From NCBI GenBank assembly GCA_965242965.1, contig OZ251518.1:3808001-3872000 (forward strand): a DNA stretch of 64,000 nucleotides. Direction: 5' to 3'. The stretch's first letter is position 1. Each line of letters begins with the position of its first letter. Below, in pieces: positions 40,020 through 49,206 of this stretch. The stretch comes from Candidatus Poribacteria bacterium. Its GTDB lineage: Bacteria; Poribacteria; WGA-4E; WGA-3G. Made by a program: the position numbers and the translations under genes. The notes beneath the pieces are model-generated. The model worked only from the letters and a program-made list of their open reading frames with translations, searched no databases and had not been told where the DNA came from.

Positions 40020-41954
40020 TTACCCCTTTTCCTTTTGCTTCGCCTCTCGCAATTTCTGGTAGCGTTCTAGGAATTCAGTATGTGCGCGTTGCACCATGGA
40101 GAGTAAATCCCTATACCGCCTGATATAGATGCGAGAGTTCGCTAAAATTTCGCGCCTGCCTCTCACGTAAGGCGTATCAACCAAATCTCCGCAGAGAAGA
40201 TACCCCGTAACCTCCTGATACTGAGATTCGGGATCGGTTGTTCCTTGGAGGTGGTTCTGGACAAAGATAACGTACTCTTCAATCTGTCTAAGTTCTTCAC
40301 GAGAAACTTTTGACATCGGACGCTTGATTTCCACTACGACGAGGTGTGTTCCTTCGCGGACGCAGAGAAAATCAATGCGCTTGTTTTTCTCTGGCACATC
40401 ACTACTTTCGGGGAATTTATCACGTAGGAGTTGCCTATAGGTGACTTCGTTAGCTACAAGCGTCCACCTCGGGTCGATCACCCAGGGGAATTCGCGTAGG
40501 AACTTATGGAGTGTTGGCACTTCCAGCGCGTTGGTTTCGATGAGTTTCTGCAGTTTTTCGATGGTTGTTATCCGTCCGCCGGTAACGCGTGCCATCTCTT
40601 TCGCTTCAACGATTTGCCACTCCCGGAACAAATCAAGGAGTTTTCCCGGGTTTTCAAGTTCGGCTTCGGTTAAGTCGTTGGCGATTTCCCAGAAGGCATC
40701 AAACTCCAGAAAATCGAGACACATTTGGATGATTGGTTCTTGTTCCTTCACGTCAGCGAGCGGGTTCCTCCGGACGGCTTGGCGCACGAGTCCGTCTGCC
40801 AATTTCAAAGCGCGTAGGTTGGCAATCTCTTCTGCATGCTGCCGAAAGTTGACATACAGTGGGTTTTCTCGCAGTCGTCGCTCATTATCCTGGCTGCGTT
40901 TCTTCGACCAATCGCTAGCAATTTTATTAACCTCTTTTTGTCCCCACTCCTTGAGAGCCGCGTTTGCTTCGGTGTCCCACACCAAGGCGTTCCGGCTTGT
41001 TCCGATGGTGTCTTCCTCTTCATCAACGAATTCAACGTGCAGTTCGCCAATGAGGTAAGAAAACGCGAACTGTTGTCCACCAACCGCGTCGAAAACAAAC
41101 GGTTCTTGGACCAACTTTCCTCTCGCCATTAAGGCAATGCCCCGGTCTACTTTGTCCTTGGTTGGCGATGTGTGTGCTAGTGCGCCAATCCAACCCGACA
41201 CTGTCCAGCCAGTTTCTGGTTGGATTTCCTCGTCGTATTCCCACAGATACGGTTTGCCATCCATATCTTTGTCGAGTAGGCGTTTCAAATCCCGGTCTTC
41301 CGGCGAAATGGGTTCGCCGTTAATGACGACTTCAAAGTTATTTTGCGCGCCGATGACAGCGAATCGCCGGGCGAGTCCACGCCGAATGATGTCAACCGAA
41401 ATCCGGCGGTTTCGGAATTTGGTGATATGTCGGAGCGTCACCGTTGTGCCTTTAGAGACATTTTCGGTTGGAGGCAGTTGCGGCAGTTCAATCTCCCTGT
41501 TCTCGGCATTTTCCAGTAGTTCGTCGTAATTCATTCGGAAATGGCTAACTTCACCGTCTTTGACGCTTTCGACAGCGATTTCCCGCGCAATACCAAACGC
41601 CGAGAATTTACCGATGCCTTTTCTGCCCATGATTCGGCGACAAGCAGGGGGCGGGGTTTGATCTGCCTTTTCCTCATCGCGCCGGTCTCTGTCGATAATG
41701 AGATATTTTTTCCGCACATCTTTATCTGACATACCGATGCCGTCATCGCGAAGAACAATCTCCGACGAGGTGCTAATTGCCTCATTGGGAATCGTAATCT
41801 CGACTTTGGTGGCGTTGGCATCCCAACTGTTGGCCACCAATTCCCCGATGACAGATGGCAACGTTGAATACATCTGCAAGCCGAGGTGCTTGATGGTACA
41901 AACGTCAAACTCCATTCGATACGGCTTTTTGGAACGATCGACTTCTTGGTGCAT
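40020..41954 (-). CDS. GHKL (MORC/HATPase_c_3-type) ATPase fused to C-terminal PD-(D/E)XK nuclease
   Basis: ELVANSWDANA, DDGIGMS, GRKGIGKFS, GTTVTL Bergerat motifs; RIDFLC...VVVEIKRP...QIEEY. Confidence 0.88.
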   Translation of the reverse strand: MHQEVDRSKKPYRMEFDVCTIKHLGLQMYSTLPSVIGELVANSWDANATKVEITIPNEAISTSSEIVLRDDGIGMSDKDVRKKYLIIDRDRRDEEKADQTPPPACRRIMGRKGIGKFSAFGIAREIAVESVKDGEVSHFRMNYDELLENAENREIELPQLPPTENVSKGTTVTLRHITKFRNRRISVDIIRRGLARRFAVIGAQNNFEVVINGEPISPEDRDLKRLLDKDMDGKPYLWEYDEEIQPETGWTVSGWIGALAHTSPTKDKVDRGIALMARGKLVQEPFVFDAVGGQQFAFSYLIGELHVEFVDEEEDTIGTSRNALVWDTEANAALKEWGQKEVNKIASDWSKKRSQDNERRLRENPLYVNFRQHAEEIANLRALKLADGLVRQAVRRNPLADVKEQEPIIQMCLDFLEFDAFWEIANDLTEAELENPGKLLDLFREWQIVEAKEMARVTGGRITTIEKLQKLIETNALEVPTLHKFLREFPWVIDPRWTLVANEVTYRQLLRDKFPESSDVPEKNKRIDFLCVREGTHLVVVEIKRPMSKVSREELRQIEEYVIFVQNHLQGTTDPESQYQEVTGYLLCGDLVDTPYVRGRREILANSRIYIRRYRDLLSMVQRAHTEFLERYQKLREAKQKEKG

Positions 41955-42066
41955 CGTGTGATTACCTCCTCTGTTAGCAAGCAACTCCAAAAACGTCACC
42001 GCAACGCTTTTTGATAACTGTTAATAGGATACTACAAAGCCTTCTTTTTTGCAAGTCAAAACAACA

Positions 42067-42096
42067 TTGACATTAACTGCAGTTTTAAGGTATCAT
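42067..42096 (+). promoter_or_regulatory. Sigma70-type promoter for TIR gene
   Basis: TTGACA-18 bp-TATCAT. Confidence 0.55.
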
Positions 42097-42186
42097 TAAT
42101 TATTGAAACAATTTAGCCGCAGGGGCAAACAGTTGCGTCCCTGCAATAACACAATTGACGCGAAACCTTTAAGGAGGTATTAAGAG

Positions 42187-42570
42187 ATGGCCAAGGTACG
42201 TGTATTCTTGAGCTTTGAATTTGACAAAGACGAGCCACTCCATCGCAATTTCTACGAGCAGGCGAAGAAACAGTCTTGCTACGCCATTCGTAATTATTCT
42301 ATGAACGAAGCCTATCGCCCCGACAAAAGTTGGCTGAATAAGGCCAGAAAGCTGATTTGCGAGTCCGACATCGTGATTGTCCTCGTCGGCCAGGATACCC
42401 ACAACGCGCCCGGCGTTGAAAAAGAGGTAACCATCGCAAATCAGGAAGGCAAGCCGATTTTCCAGATTAGACCCCAGGGGAAAACTTGGGGTGAAGTCAA
42501 GGGAACCGGCGACTTGATACCGTGGAAATGGGACAAAATTGACGAGAAGATAGGCGAACTTTTGAATTAG
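42187..42570 (+). CDS. Stand-alone TIR-like domain protein (DUF1863/ThsB-like)
   Basis: AAGGAGG RBS; VFLSF, SDIVIVLVGQDT..APGVEKEV (TIR catalytic Glu region), GKPIF, IPWKWDKI. Confidence 0.85.
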   Translation: MAKVRVFLSFEFDKDEPLHRNFYEQAKKQSCYAIRNYSMNEAYRPDKSWLNKARKLICESDIVIVLVGQDTHNAPGVEKEVTIANQEGKPIFQIRPQGKTWGEVKGTGDLIPWKWDKIDEKIGELLN

Positions 42571-42688
42571 AAACGGTACGGATAAAACTGCGGAAGTTCT
42601 ATCCGAGTGCCGTCCGGCTGCACGATGCAGCAAAAGTTGCCCCTAATCCTGTTAATCCTTTAATCCTGCAAATCCTGATTCAGACAAT

Positions 42689-42723
42689 GAAAAAGAGGTT
42701 CCCGCGGCGGGAACCTCTTTTTC
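42689..42723. terminator. Bidirectional intrinsic terminator
   Basis: GAAAAAGAGGTTCCCG-CGG-CGGGAACCTCTTTTTC perfect stem with A/T tails. Confidence 0.8.
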
Positions 42724-42846
42724 TCTTGCAAACAAAACCCAAAAGATGCTAAATTGTAACCTAAACCCAAAGCCCGGTAGGAGGGACCTCCCGGTCCCGA
42801 TACCCAGGGCCCCGGTCACGAATTTTGCCGAGAGAGGATAACCATA

Positions 42847-44142
42847 ATGGTTCAATACAAAGCACCCCGCGCGTTTCATGTCATGACAAAGCCCATCGGG
42901 CCGATATGCAACCTCGATTGCGAATACTGCTTCTATCTTGATAAAGAGAAACTCTACCCCGAAACTCGCTCTTTTCGCATGAATGACGAGATTCTGGAGA
43001 ACTACGTCAAACAATACATTGACGCACAGCAAGTCAACGAAGTCACCTTCGCATGGCAAGGCGGCGAACCGACGTTGATGGGCGTAGACTTTTTCCGCCG
43101 CGCTGTCGCTTATCAGAAGAAGTATCGCCGCACCGGCATGACAATCCAGAATTCGTTTCAGACGAACGCCACGCTCCTTGACGACGAATGGGGAGAGTTC
43201 TTCAAGCAGCATAACTTCCTCATCGGCGTGAGCATTGACGGCCCGCCGGAGATTCACGATAAATACCGCTACGACAAGCGCGGACGTTCATCGTCTGAGC
43301 AGGTGATTCAGGGGTTGCGCATCTTGCAGAAGCATAAGGTTGACTATAACGTGCTGTGTGTTGTCAACCGCCACAACGCCGAGTATCCGCAGGAAGTCTA
43401 CGCCTATTTCAAGGAACTTGGCGCGGAGTTTATGCAGTTCATCCCCGCAGTTGAACATTTCGGCGGAAAGAATGTGTCCCCGCGCTCTGTCACGGCACGG
43501 CAATACGGTAAATTCCTCTGCCAGATTTTCGATGAGTGGGTGGTGAACGACATCGGCACTATCTTCGTGCAGATTTTTGATGTCGCGCTGGAGGCGTGGA
43601 TGGGGTATACACCGAGCCTCTGCGTTTTCAACGAGACCTGCGGTGATGCCCTCGCATTGGAACATAACGGCGATCTTTACTCCTGCGATCACTTCGTCAC
43701 GCCGGACTATCACGTCGGTAACATTTCGGAAACCTCCATCGCCGAGTTGGTGGATTCCGATTTCCAGCGCAAGTTCGGCACCGATAAACGCGATACGCTC
43801 CCCGAATATTGCCGCACCTGCGAAGTGAAGTTCGTGTGCAACGGCGGTTGTCCCAAAAACCGATTCATCAAAACCCCGACTGGCGAGGATGGGTTGAACT
43901 ATCTCTGTGCCGGCTACAAGCAGTTTTTCAAGCACATTGACGAACCGATGAAGATGATGGCGGCCGCGCTGCATCAAGGACAGCCTGCGAATAGCATCAT
44001 CCCGGTCCTGCGCGAACGTCGAAACGCCGCGAAAACCGCGAGGATGTCGGAACAAGGCACACAAGGGAAGGTAGGACGGAATTCGCCTTGTCCGTGCGGC
44101 AGCGGCAGGAAGTATAAGCAGTGCTGCTTGCGGAACAAGTAG
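42847..44142 (+). CDS. Anaerobic sulfatase maturase (radical SAM/SPASM) with C-terminal SEC-C motif
   Basis: CNLDCEYC, WQGGEP, YSCDHF, CNGGCPKNR, GRNSPCPCGSGRKYKQCC. Confidence 0.95.
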   Translation: MVQYKAPRAFHVMTKPIGPICNLDCEYCFYLDKEKLYPETRSFRMNDEILENYVKQYIDAQQVNEVTFAWQGGEPTLMGVDFFRRAVAYQKKYRRTGMTIQNSFQTNATLLDDEWGEFFKQHNFLIGVSIDGPPEIHDKYRYDKRGRSSSEQVIQGLRILQKHKVDYNVLCVVNRHNAEYPQEVYAYFKELGAEFMQFIPAVEHFGGKNVSPRSVTARQYGKFLCQIFDEWVVNDIGTIFVQIFDVALEAWMGYTPSLCVFNETCGDALALEHNGDLYSCDHFVTPDYHVGNISETSIAELVDSDFQRKFGTDKRDTLPEYCRTCEVKFVCNGGCPKNRFIKTPTGEDGLNYLCAGYKQFFKHIDEPMKMMAAALHQGQPANSIIPVLRERRNAAKTARMSEQGTQGKVGRNSPCPCGSGRKYKQCCLRNK

Positions 44143-44153
44143 AGGAAGACGCT

Positions 44154-45665
44154 ATGGCTCAAACCAGACCGAATATCTTATTGATTACCAGCGACCAGCA
44201 GCATTGGAACACGCTGGGATGTCTCAACCCGGAGCTCCATACACCGCACTTGGATGCACTGGCGCGGGAAGGGACGCTTTTCCATCGCGCGTATTGCCCG
44301 AATCCGACCTGCACGCCGACGCGCGCTTCGATCATCACCGGCAAATACCCGAGTCAACACGGTGCCTGGTCCCTCGGCACGAAACTCTCTGAAGAGGAGC
44401 ATACCGTCGGTGAAGATTTCACAGCGGCAGGTTACCGCACCGCGCTCGTCGGCAAGGCGCATTTTCAACCGCTGCACGGCACGGACGAGTTCCCGTCGCT
44501 GGAATCCTATCCAATTCTACAAGACCTAGGTTTTTGGCGCGACTTTAACGAACCGTTTTACGGGTTTGAGCATGTGGAACTCGCACGCAACCACGCCGAT
44601 GAGGCGCACGTCGGACAGCACTATGCTATCTGGATGGAGGAGAAGGGCTGCACGAATTGGCGCGATTATTTCGCACCGCCGACCGGGAATGCCCGCGGAC
44701 AATATAGGAAATGGCCCATTCCGGAGGAATACCACTACGATACGTGGATTGCCGAACGGACGAACGTGCTGATGGAAGAATATCAGCGGAATGGTGAGAA
44801 CTTCTTCCTCTGGGCCAGTTTCTTCGACCCGCATCCGAAATATCTCGTGCCGGAACCATGGGATACGATGTATGACCCGGGCGTTCTGACAGTGCCATCA
44901 GTCACCGAAGGGGAGCATGCAAACAACCCGCCGCATTTTCAACTGACGCAGCAGCGGAAACCTGACTTCTCTGCATGGCGCGAAAGCGGGAAGGGTGTCC
45001 ATGGGTTCAATTCGCATCTGCGCGACAAGGACGAACTTGCGAAGGATATCGCTGTCTATTACGGCATGGTGAGCCTGATGGACAAATACATCGGGCAAAT
45101 CTTGGCAAAATTGGATGCGTTAGGACTTGCGGAGAATACCCTCGTCCTCTTCACGTCCGACCATGGGCATTTTTACGGACAGCACGGGCTCGTCGCAAAA
45201 GGCGCGTTCCACTATGAAGATGTGATTCGGGTGCCGTTCATCGTGCGGTATCCGGAGATTGTGCCGGCGGGGATGCAATCGGAGGCGTTGCAGAGTTTGG
45301 TAGACTTGGCACCGTCGTTCCTCAGTGCCGCCGGGATTGACATTCCGCGCCCGATGACAGGCGAAGATCAGACACCCGTTTGGTATGGTGAACAGACGAG
45401 GGTTCGGGAGCACGTTATCGTTGAGAATCACCACGAGCCGACGACGGTCCACGTCAAAACCTACGTTGACGAACGCTACAAACTCACCGTCTATTACAAC
45501 CGCGATTACGGCGAGTTGTTCGATCTTCGGGAAGACGCAGGCGAGGTTAACAACCTCTGGAATTCCCCCGCGCATGCTGAGTTGAAGGCAGAACTGGTGA
45601 TGAAGTTGTTGTTCGCGGAGATGGGGAAAGAACCGCTGTGGATGCCGCGGACATCGGGTGCATAA
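44154..45665 (+). CDS. Sulfatase (Cys-type)
   Basis: PNILLITSDQ, CTPTRAS (CxPxR), GKAH, TSDHG, ELFDL..D.GE..NL. Confidence 0.95.
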   Translation: MAQTRPNILLITSDQQHWNTLGCLNPELHTPHLDALAREGTLFHRAYCPNPTCTPTRASIITGKYPSQHGAWSLGTKLSEEEHTVGEDFTAAGYRTALVGKAHFQPLHGTDEFPSLESYPILQDLGFWRDFNEPFYGFEHVELARNHADEAHVGQHYAIWMEEKGCTNWRDYFAPPTGNARGQYRKWPIPEEYHYDTWIAERTNVLMEEYQRNGENFFLWASFFDPHPKYLVPEPWDTMYDPGVLTVPSVTEGEHANNPPHFQLTQQRKPDFSAWRESGKGVHGFNSHLRDKDELAKDIAVYYGMVSLMDKYIGQILAKLDALGLAENTLVLFTSDHGHFYGQHGLVAKGAFHYEDVIRVPFIVRYPEIVPAGMQSEALQSLVDLAPSFLSAAGIDIPRPMTGEDQTPVWYGEQTRVREHVIVENHHEPTTVHVKTYVDERYKLTVYYNRDYGELFDLREDAGEVNNLWNSPAHAELKAELVMKLLFAEMGKEPLWMPRTSGA

Positions 45666-45729
45666 ACGGGAAACGGGCGGCGATAGAAATCCGTCCATAC
45701 ATGCCTGCGCGATGGGTGCGAAAATCAAC

Positions 45730-45758
45730 TTGACATTTGTGACAGAATAGGATATTAT
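45730..45758 (+). promoter_or_regulatory. Sigma70-type promoter
   Basis: TTGACA-17 bp-TATTAT. Confidence 0.55.
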
Positions 45759-45895
45759 ATAAAGTTAACATGTGGACAGCACTTCTAGGGTTACCTAGGG
45801 TTGGCCCATGTTCTTATTGGTGGCTGCAGTCAAGTTGCAGTCGTTGCCTCGCTATCCTTTAAGTTTAACTTTTATCAATTTCAGGAGATGATACG

Positions 45896-46627
45896 ATGCA
45901 GGAAACAATCAAGTCTGCGCCGACAATCCTCTATCCCGAATCGGACGGTAAACCTATGGCAGAAACCGATACTCATCGCGACTTAATCACCGATTGCATT
46001 CAGACGCTCAAGCAGCACTACCGGGAAGAACCGGACGTTTACGTTTCTGGCAATCTGCTGGTGTATTACGAACCCTATCCAAATCCCCGCGCCGTAGCAC
46101 CGGATGTCTTCGTCGTGCGCGGCGTGTCCAAAAAACCGCGGCGGATTTTCGTGGCTGCGGCGGAGAATAAGACACTAGATTTTGTGTTGGAGGTGGGCAG
46201 CCGCGGCACCTACCGGCAAGATCTTGAACGCAAGAAAAACATTTACGCCACCGAACTCGGCGTGAAGGAATACTATATCTATATCCCCTCCGGCGTAGCG
46301 GAAGAATCCTTTATCGGGTTTCGGCTCGTTGACGGTGCCTATGAACGGATAGAGTTCGTCAACGGCCGGCTGTCCTCCACGGTGCTTGGGTTGGAACTCG
46401 GGATATATGAGGATACACTGCGGTTCTATCATCCACAGCTGCAGCAATGGTTGCAGCCCCCTGAGGCACGCGTTGAACGCGCCGAGACACGCGCCGAGCG
46501 CGCCGAAGAACGCGCCGAACACGCCGAAGCGCAAGCGGAACAGGAAGCACGCGCACGCCGAGACATGGAGGAAGAACTCGCAAAGGCTTTGAGCGAAGTC
46601 CAGCGTCTTCAAGCACAGATAGGATAG
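45896..46627 (+). CDS. Uma2 (DUF820) family endonuclease with C-terminal coiled coil
   Basis: YPESDGKPMAET, VAPDVFVV, FVLEV.S, LGVKEYY, RAERAE repeats. Confidence 0.92.
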   Translation: MQETIKSAPTILYPESDGKPMAETDTHRDLITDCIQTLKQHYREEPDVYVSGNLLVYYEPYPNPRAVAPDVFVVRGVSKKPRRIFVAAAENKTLDFVLEVGSRGTYRQDLERKKNIYATELGVKEYYIYIPSGVAEESFIGFRLVDGAYERIEFVNGRLSSTVLGLELGIYEDTLRFYHPQLQQWLQPPEARVERAETRAERAEERAEHAEAQAEQEARARRDMEEELAKALSEVQRLQAQIG

Positions 46628-46743
46628 TAATTTCCGAGCACGGCGAGGGGGCGACGATGCCAGTAACAGGCAGATATGGATATCCGCTCTTACAGTGCAG
46701 CCTTTGGAAATGGGAAGCCCGCGAGGGATAGGCCATCGCCCGC

Positions 46744-47559
46744 CTAATACCGCCGTTTCCAATGCCAACTGTCACTGCCGGAGATGAGGGGCCGGATGTC
46801 CTCTGGCAGCGTCTCAATAAATTCGGGACTTACCTCGTTGCCGGGCCATTCGCGCACCATCGGCGGCGTGTAACCGGCGATGAGGATTACCCGCTCTTTG
46901 TCGCTCCGGATAGCCGTTGTGCTGTGCACCAGCGACTCGGCGAAAAGCAACACAGCTCCGGCGGATGCCTCCACCTGATAGATGAGTTTGTCATCGGCTA
47001 ATGCCGCTTCGATCATCTCGTTTTGGGGCCATGTCAAGCGGTGGCTTCCGGGAATAACGCATGTGCCGCCATCGTCGGGGCCGACATCGGTGAGGTAGGC
47101 GAGCGTCTTCACGAAGATGCAGTGGAACTTGTGCTGCTCCATGTAGGTGCCCCATCCGTGTTGTGTGCCGCGATGAAAGCCTGTCGGGTTATAGCGACGT
47201 TTGCGGAGTTCGCTGAGAGGTGTCTCCGGGTTCCGGCGATTGATAATCGCCTCTGTCTCCTCCAGTCGGACTTTGCCGCCCACCACTTCCTCAACGAGAG
47301 GCACCAGTTTGGGGTGCGCGGCGTATGCCAATAACGCCGGTGCGTATTCAACAAGGTTGCCGAAAAGCACGTGGTGTTCGCCATGTGGGCGTGCATAGAC
47401 GCGCGTGGATTCCAATGCCGCGTCTGCCTTGATTTTGTAGAGCGCGTCTTTCATCTGTGCGATTTCATCGCCGCTCAGGACATCCTCTAGCAACACGAAG
47501 CCGTAGATGTCGAAGTGTAGCCGTTGCGCTGGCGTGAGTTGGATGGGTTCACTTTTCAT
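46744..47559 (-). CDS. PhyH family dioxygenase-like protein
   Basis: FDIYGF, YLTDVGPDDGGT.VIPGSH, ESLVH; the HxD position reads HRG. Confidence 0.85.
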   Translation of the reverse strand: MKSEPIQLTPAQRLHFDIYGFVLLEDVLSGDEIAQMKDALYKIKADAALESTRVYARPHGEHHVLFGNLVEYAPALLAYAAHPKLVPLVEEVVGGKVRLEETEAIINRRNPETPLSELRKRRYNPTGFHRGTQHGWGTYMEQHKFHCIFVKTLAYLTDVGPDDGGTCVIPGSHRLTWPQNEMIEAALADDKLIYQVEASAGAVLLFAESLVHSTTAIRSDKERVILIAGYTPPMVREWPGNEVSPEFIETLPEDIRPLISGSDSWHWKRRY

Positions 47560-47634
47560 CTCGGTGTTCCTCCTCATTTCCGGTAGGCGCGCGTTGGCAG
47601 CGCGCACGTTAACTTGCGCCGTTTGAAACCGCGT

Positions 47635-48387
47635 CTACCGGGGGTGTCCCCCTGTTTTGATATTTGCCCACATCGTTGTCAGTTTACCATCTGTTTCTAC
47701 TGCAAGTTCCAGCGGTTCATCGCCTTCGTAAACGAGCAGTTCATCGACGTAGCCCGCGACAGTCATCCCCCAGACATAAAAGACGAGCCACTTGGCTGTG
47801 GGCCCGATGGCGGCGTTCCGAAACGCAAGCCCCTTTTCCGGTTTCGCTTTCAGTGCTTTGTCCCTGCTGTCTCCCGCGTAGAAGTCAAACTCGCTTTTGT
47901 CAAAATCGGCGACAATTCGGATGTATTTCCAGACATCTGTCTCAAAATCGCCGATTGGTTGCCACGCGGCACCGTCGTAGAAGCGGACAATATTTGCGTC
48001 CCAGTTGATATAAGTGCCGCCGTTGTTTTCGCCAATGTTATCGGCGGAACCGATTTTGACGTTGAAAGAGCGTCCGCCGCCCTCAATGTAAACCCAGCAT
48101 TCAACGGAGGTGATAGGGTTATCGGTTTCTATCGGCACGCCGAGTCCATCGCCATCTGCGCCGCCCAAAATGGCGAGCGATTTTTTGTCGGTTTTGACGG
48201 TGTCATCGGTAACCTCAAATCCGTCGCCTTGCGCCTCCCAATCTTCGGGGGCTTTGCCGAGGGTGAATTCTTCAAATCCTGTCTGGACGAATACCTTCTG
48301 TGCGGCGGTGCTGTTCATAAAGACGACACTGAGCAGGATGGCCGTTGCGATAGTCAAATAGGTTTTCGTGTCTTTCGTGTTTGTCAT
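47635..48387 (-). CDS. Secreted beta-rich (lectin-like) protein with C-terminal sorting-like motif
   Basis: AGGAG RBS; signal peptide; ends LAVETDGKLTTMWANIK. Confidence 0.8.
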   Translation of the reverse strand: MTNTKDTKTYLTIATAILLSVVFMNSTAAQKVFVQTGFEEFTLGKAPEDWEAQGDGFEVTDDTVKTDKKSLAILGGADGDGLGVPIETDNPITSVECWVYIEGGGRSFNVKIGSADNIGENNGGTYINWDANIVRFYDGAAWQPIGDFETDVWKYIRIVADFDKSEFDFYAGDSRDKALKAKPEKGLAFRNAAIGPTAKWLVFYVWGMTVAGYVDELLVYEGDEPLELAVETDGKLTTMWANIKTGGHPR

Positions 48388-48407
48388 GAGTGTCGCGTAT
48401 GCTCCTT

Positions 48408-49202
48408 TCATGGCATCCAGATGTTCCATTCCCCCTTTTTCTCCCACGTGCGGCAGGCGAGGCACAAGCACATATACCGAATCGCGAACCGGGGATAAGG
48501 CGTGACGTTTATCGTGCCGGAGTGCGGCAGCAGATAGTGAAAGAGAAGCACATCGCCTGGTTTGGCGGTGACTTCCATCGGTTCTCCTAAGTCCATCTGT
48601 GGGAACAGGGCGCGCACATCGCCGACGCGGTTGGAGAAGTTCGGGTTCTTTTTCCGAAACGCGCGGATGCGCGCCGGGCCCTCCGGCCATATCATCGTTG
48701 TCCCACCGTGCGAATGTGCATCGGTGAGGTAGGTTAAACTCGTCACACGAAAGCAGCCCGGGTCTAACCGCAAATCCCTGAAGTCGCCATCAAGGTGCGG
48801 CGATGGACATTTCCACTGTCTTCCATCTGGATGTCTTTCATCTGGAAACTGATTGAGGGCCCAGATGCCGTCGGGCTGCCTGCTTTGACAGTGCGGAATC
48901 TCCGGATACCTCTCCGCGAGTTGATAAAGGACAGCGAGATACGCCGGCGTGCAACATGCCATGACATCTGGATGCTTCACGCCGTAAAGTTCAATCCGAT
49001 TCCCGATGCCCAACTGTTCCATATAAAAGCCAGAGAGTGGTGGACGTTGGAAATGCTTCCATGAACTTGGGTTATCTGACTGCATGCCCATCATCTGCCA
49101 CATCGCCGCTTCTGCTTTTGTGACAGTCTCTTCGGGGATGAGGCCGGAGAGTTGGAGATACCCTTCCTCCTCAAATTGTACCAGTTGCTGTTTTGAAAGC
49201 AT
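48408..49202 (-). CDS. PhyH family dioxygenase
   Basis: FEEEGY, HLD, YLTD...GGT, KPGDVLLFHYLLPHSG..N...R. Confidence 0.85.
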   Translation of the reverse strand: MLSKQQLVQFEEEGYLQLSGLIPEETVTKAEAAMWQMMGMQSDNPSSWKHFQRPPLSGFYMEQLGIGNRIELYGVKHPDVMACCTPAYLAVLYQLAERYPEIPHCQSRQPDGIWALNQFPDERHPDGRQWKCPSPHLDGDFRDLRLDPGCFRVTSLTYLTDAHSHGGTTMIWPEGPARIRAFRKKNPNFSNRVGDVRALFPQMDLGEPMEVTAKPGDVLLFHYLLPHSGTINVTPYPRFAIRYMCLCLACRTWEKKGEWNIWMP

Positions 49203-49206
49203 AGGG

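Noticed and set aside
40441-41529. Long antisense ORFs (also 43288-44064 and 47614-48498)
   Set aside because: Shadow frames opposite well-supported genes in GC-rich coding DNA
42187-42570. Complete Thoeris system
   Set aside because: No SIR2-SLOG or Macro-TM ThsA gene nearby
46630-46745. Possible ncRNA or tRNA between convergent genes
   Set aside because: No cloverleaf, T-loop or other recognisable RNA motif
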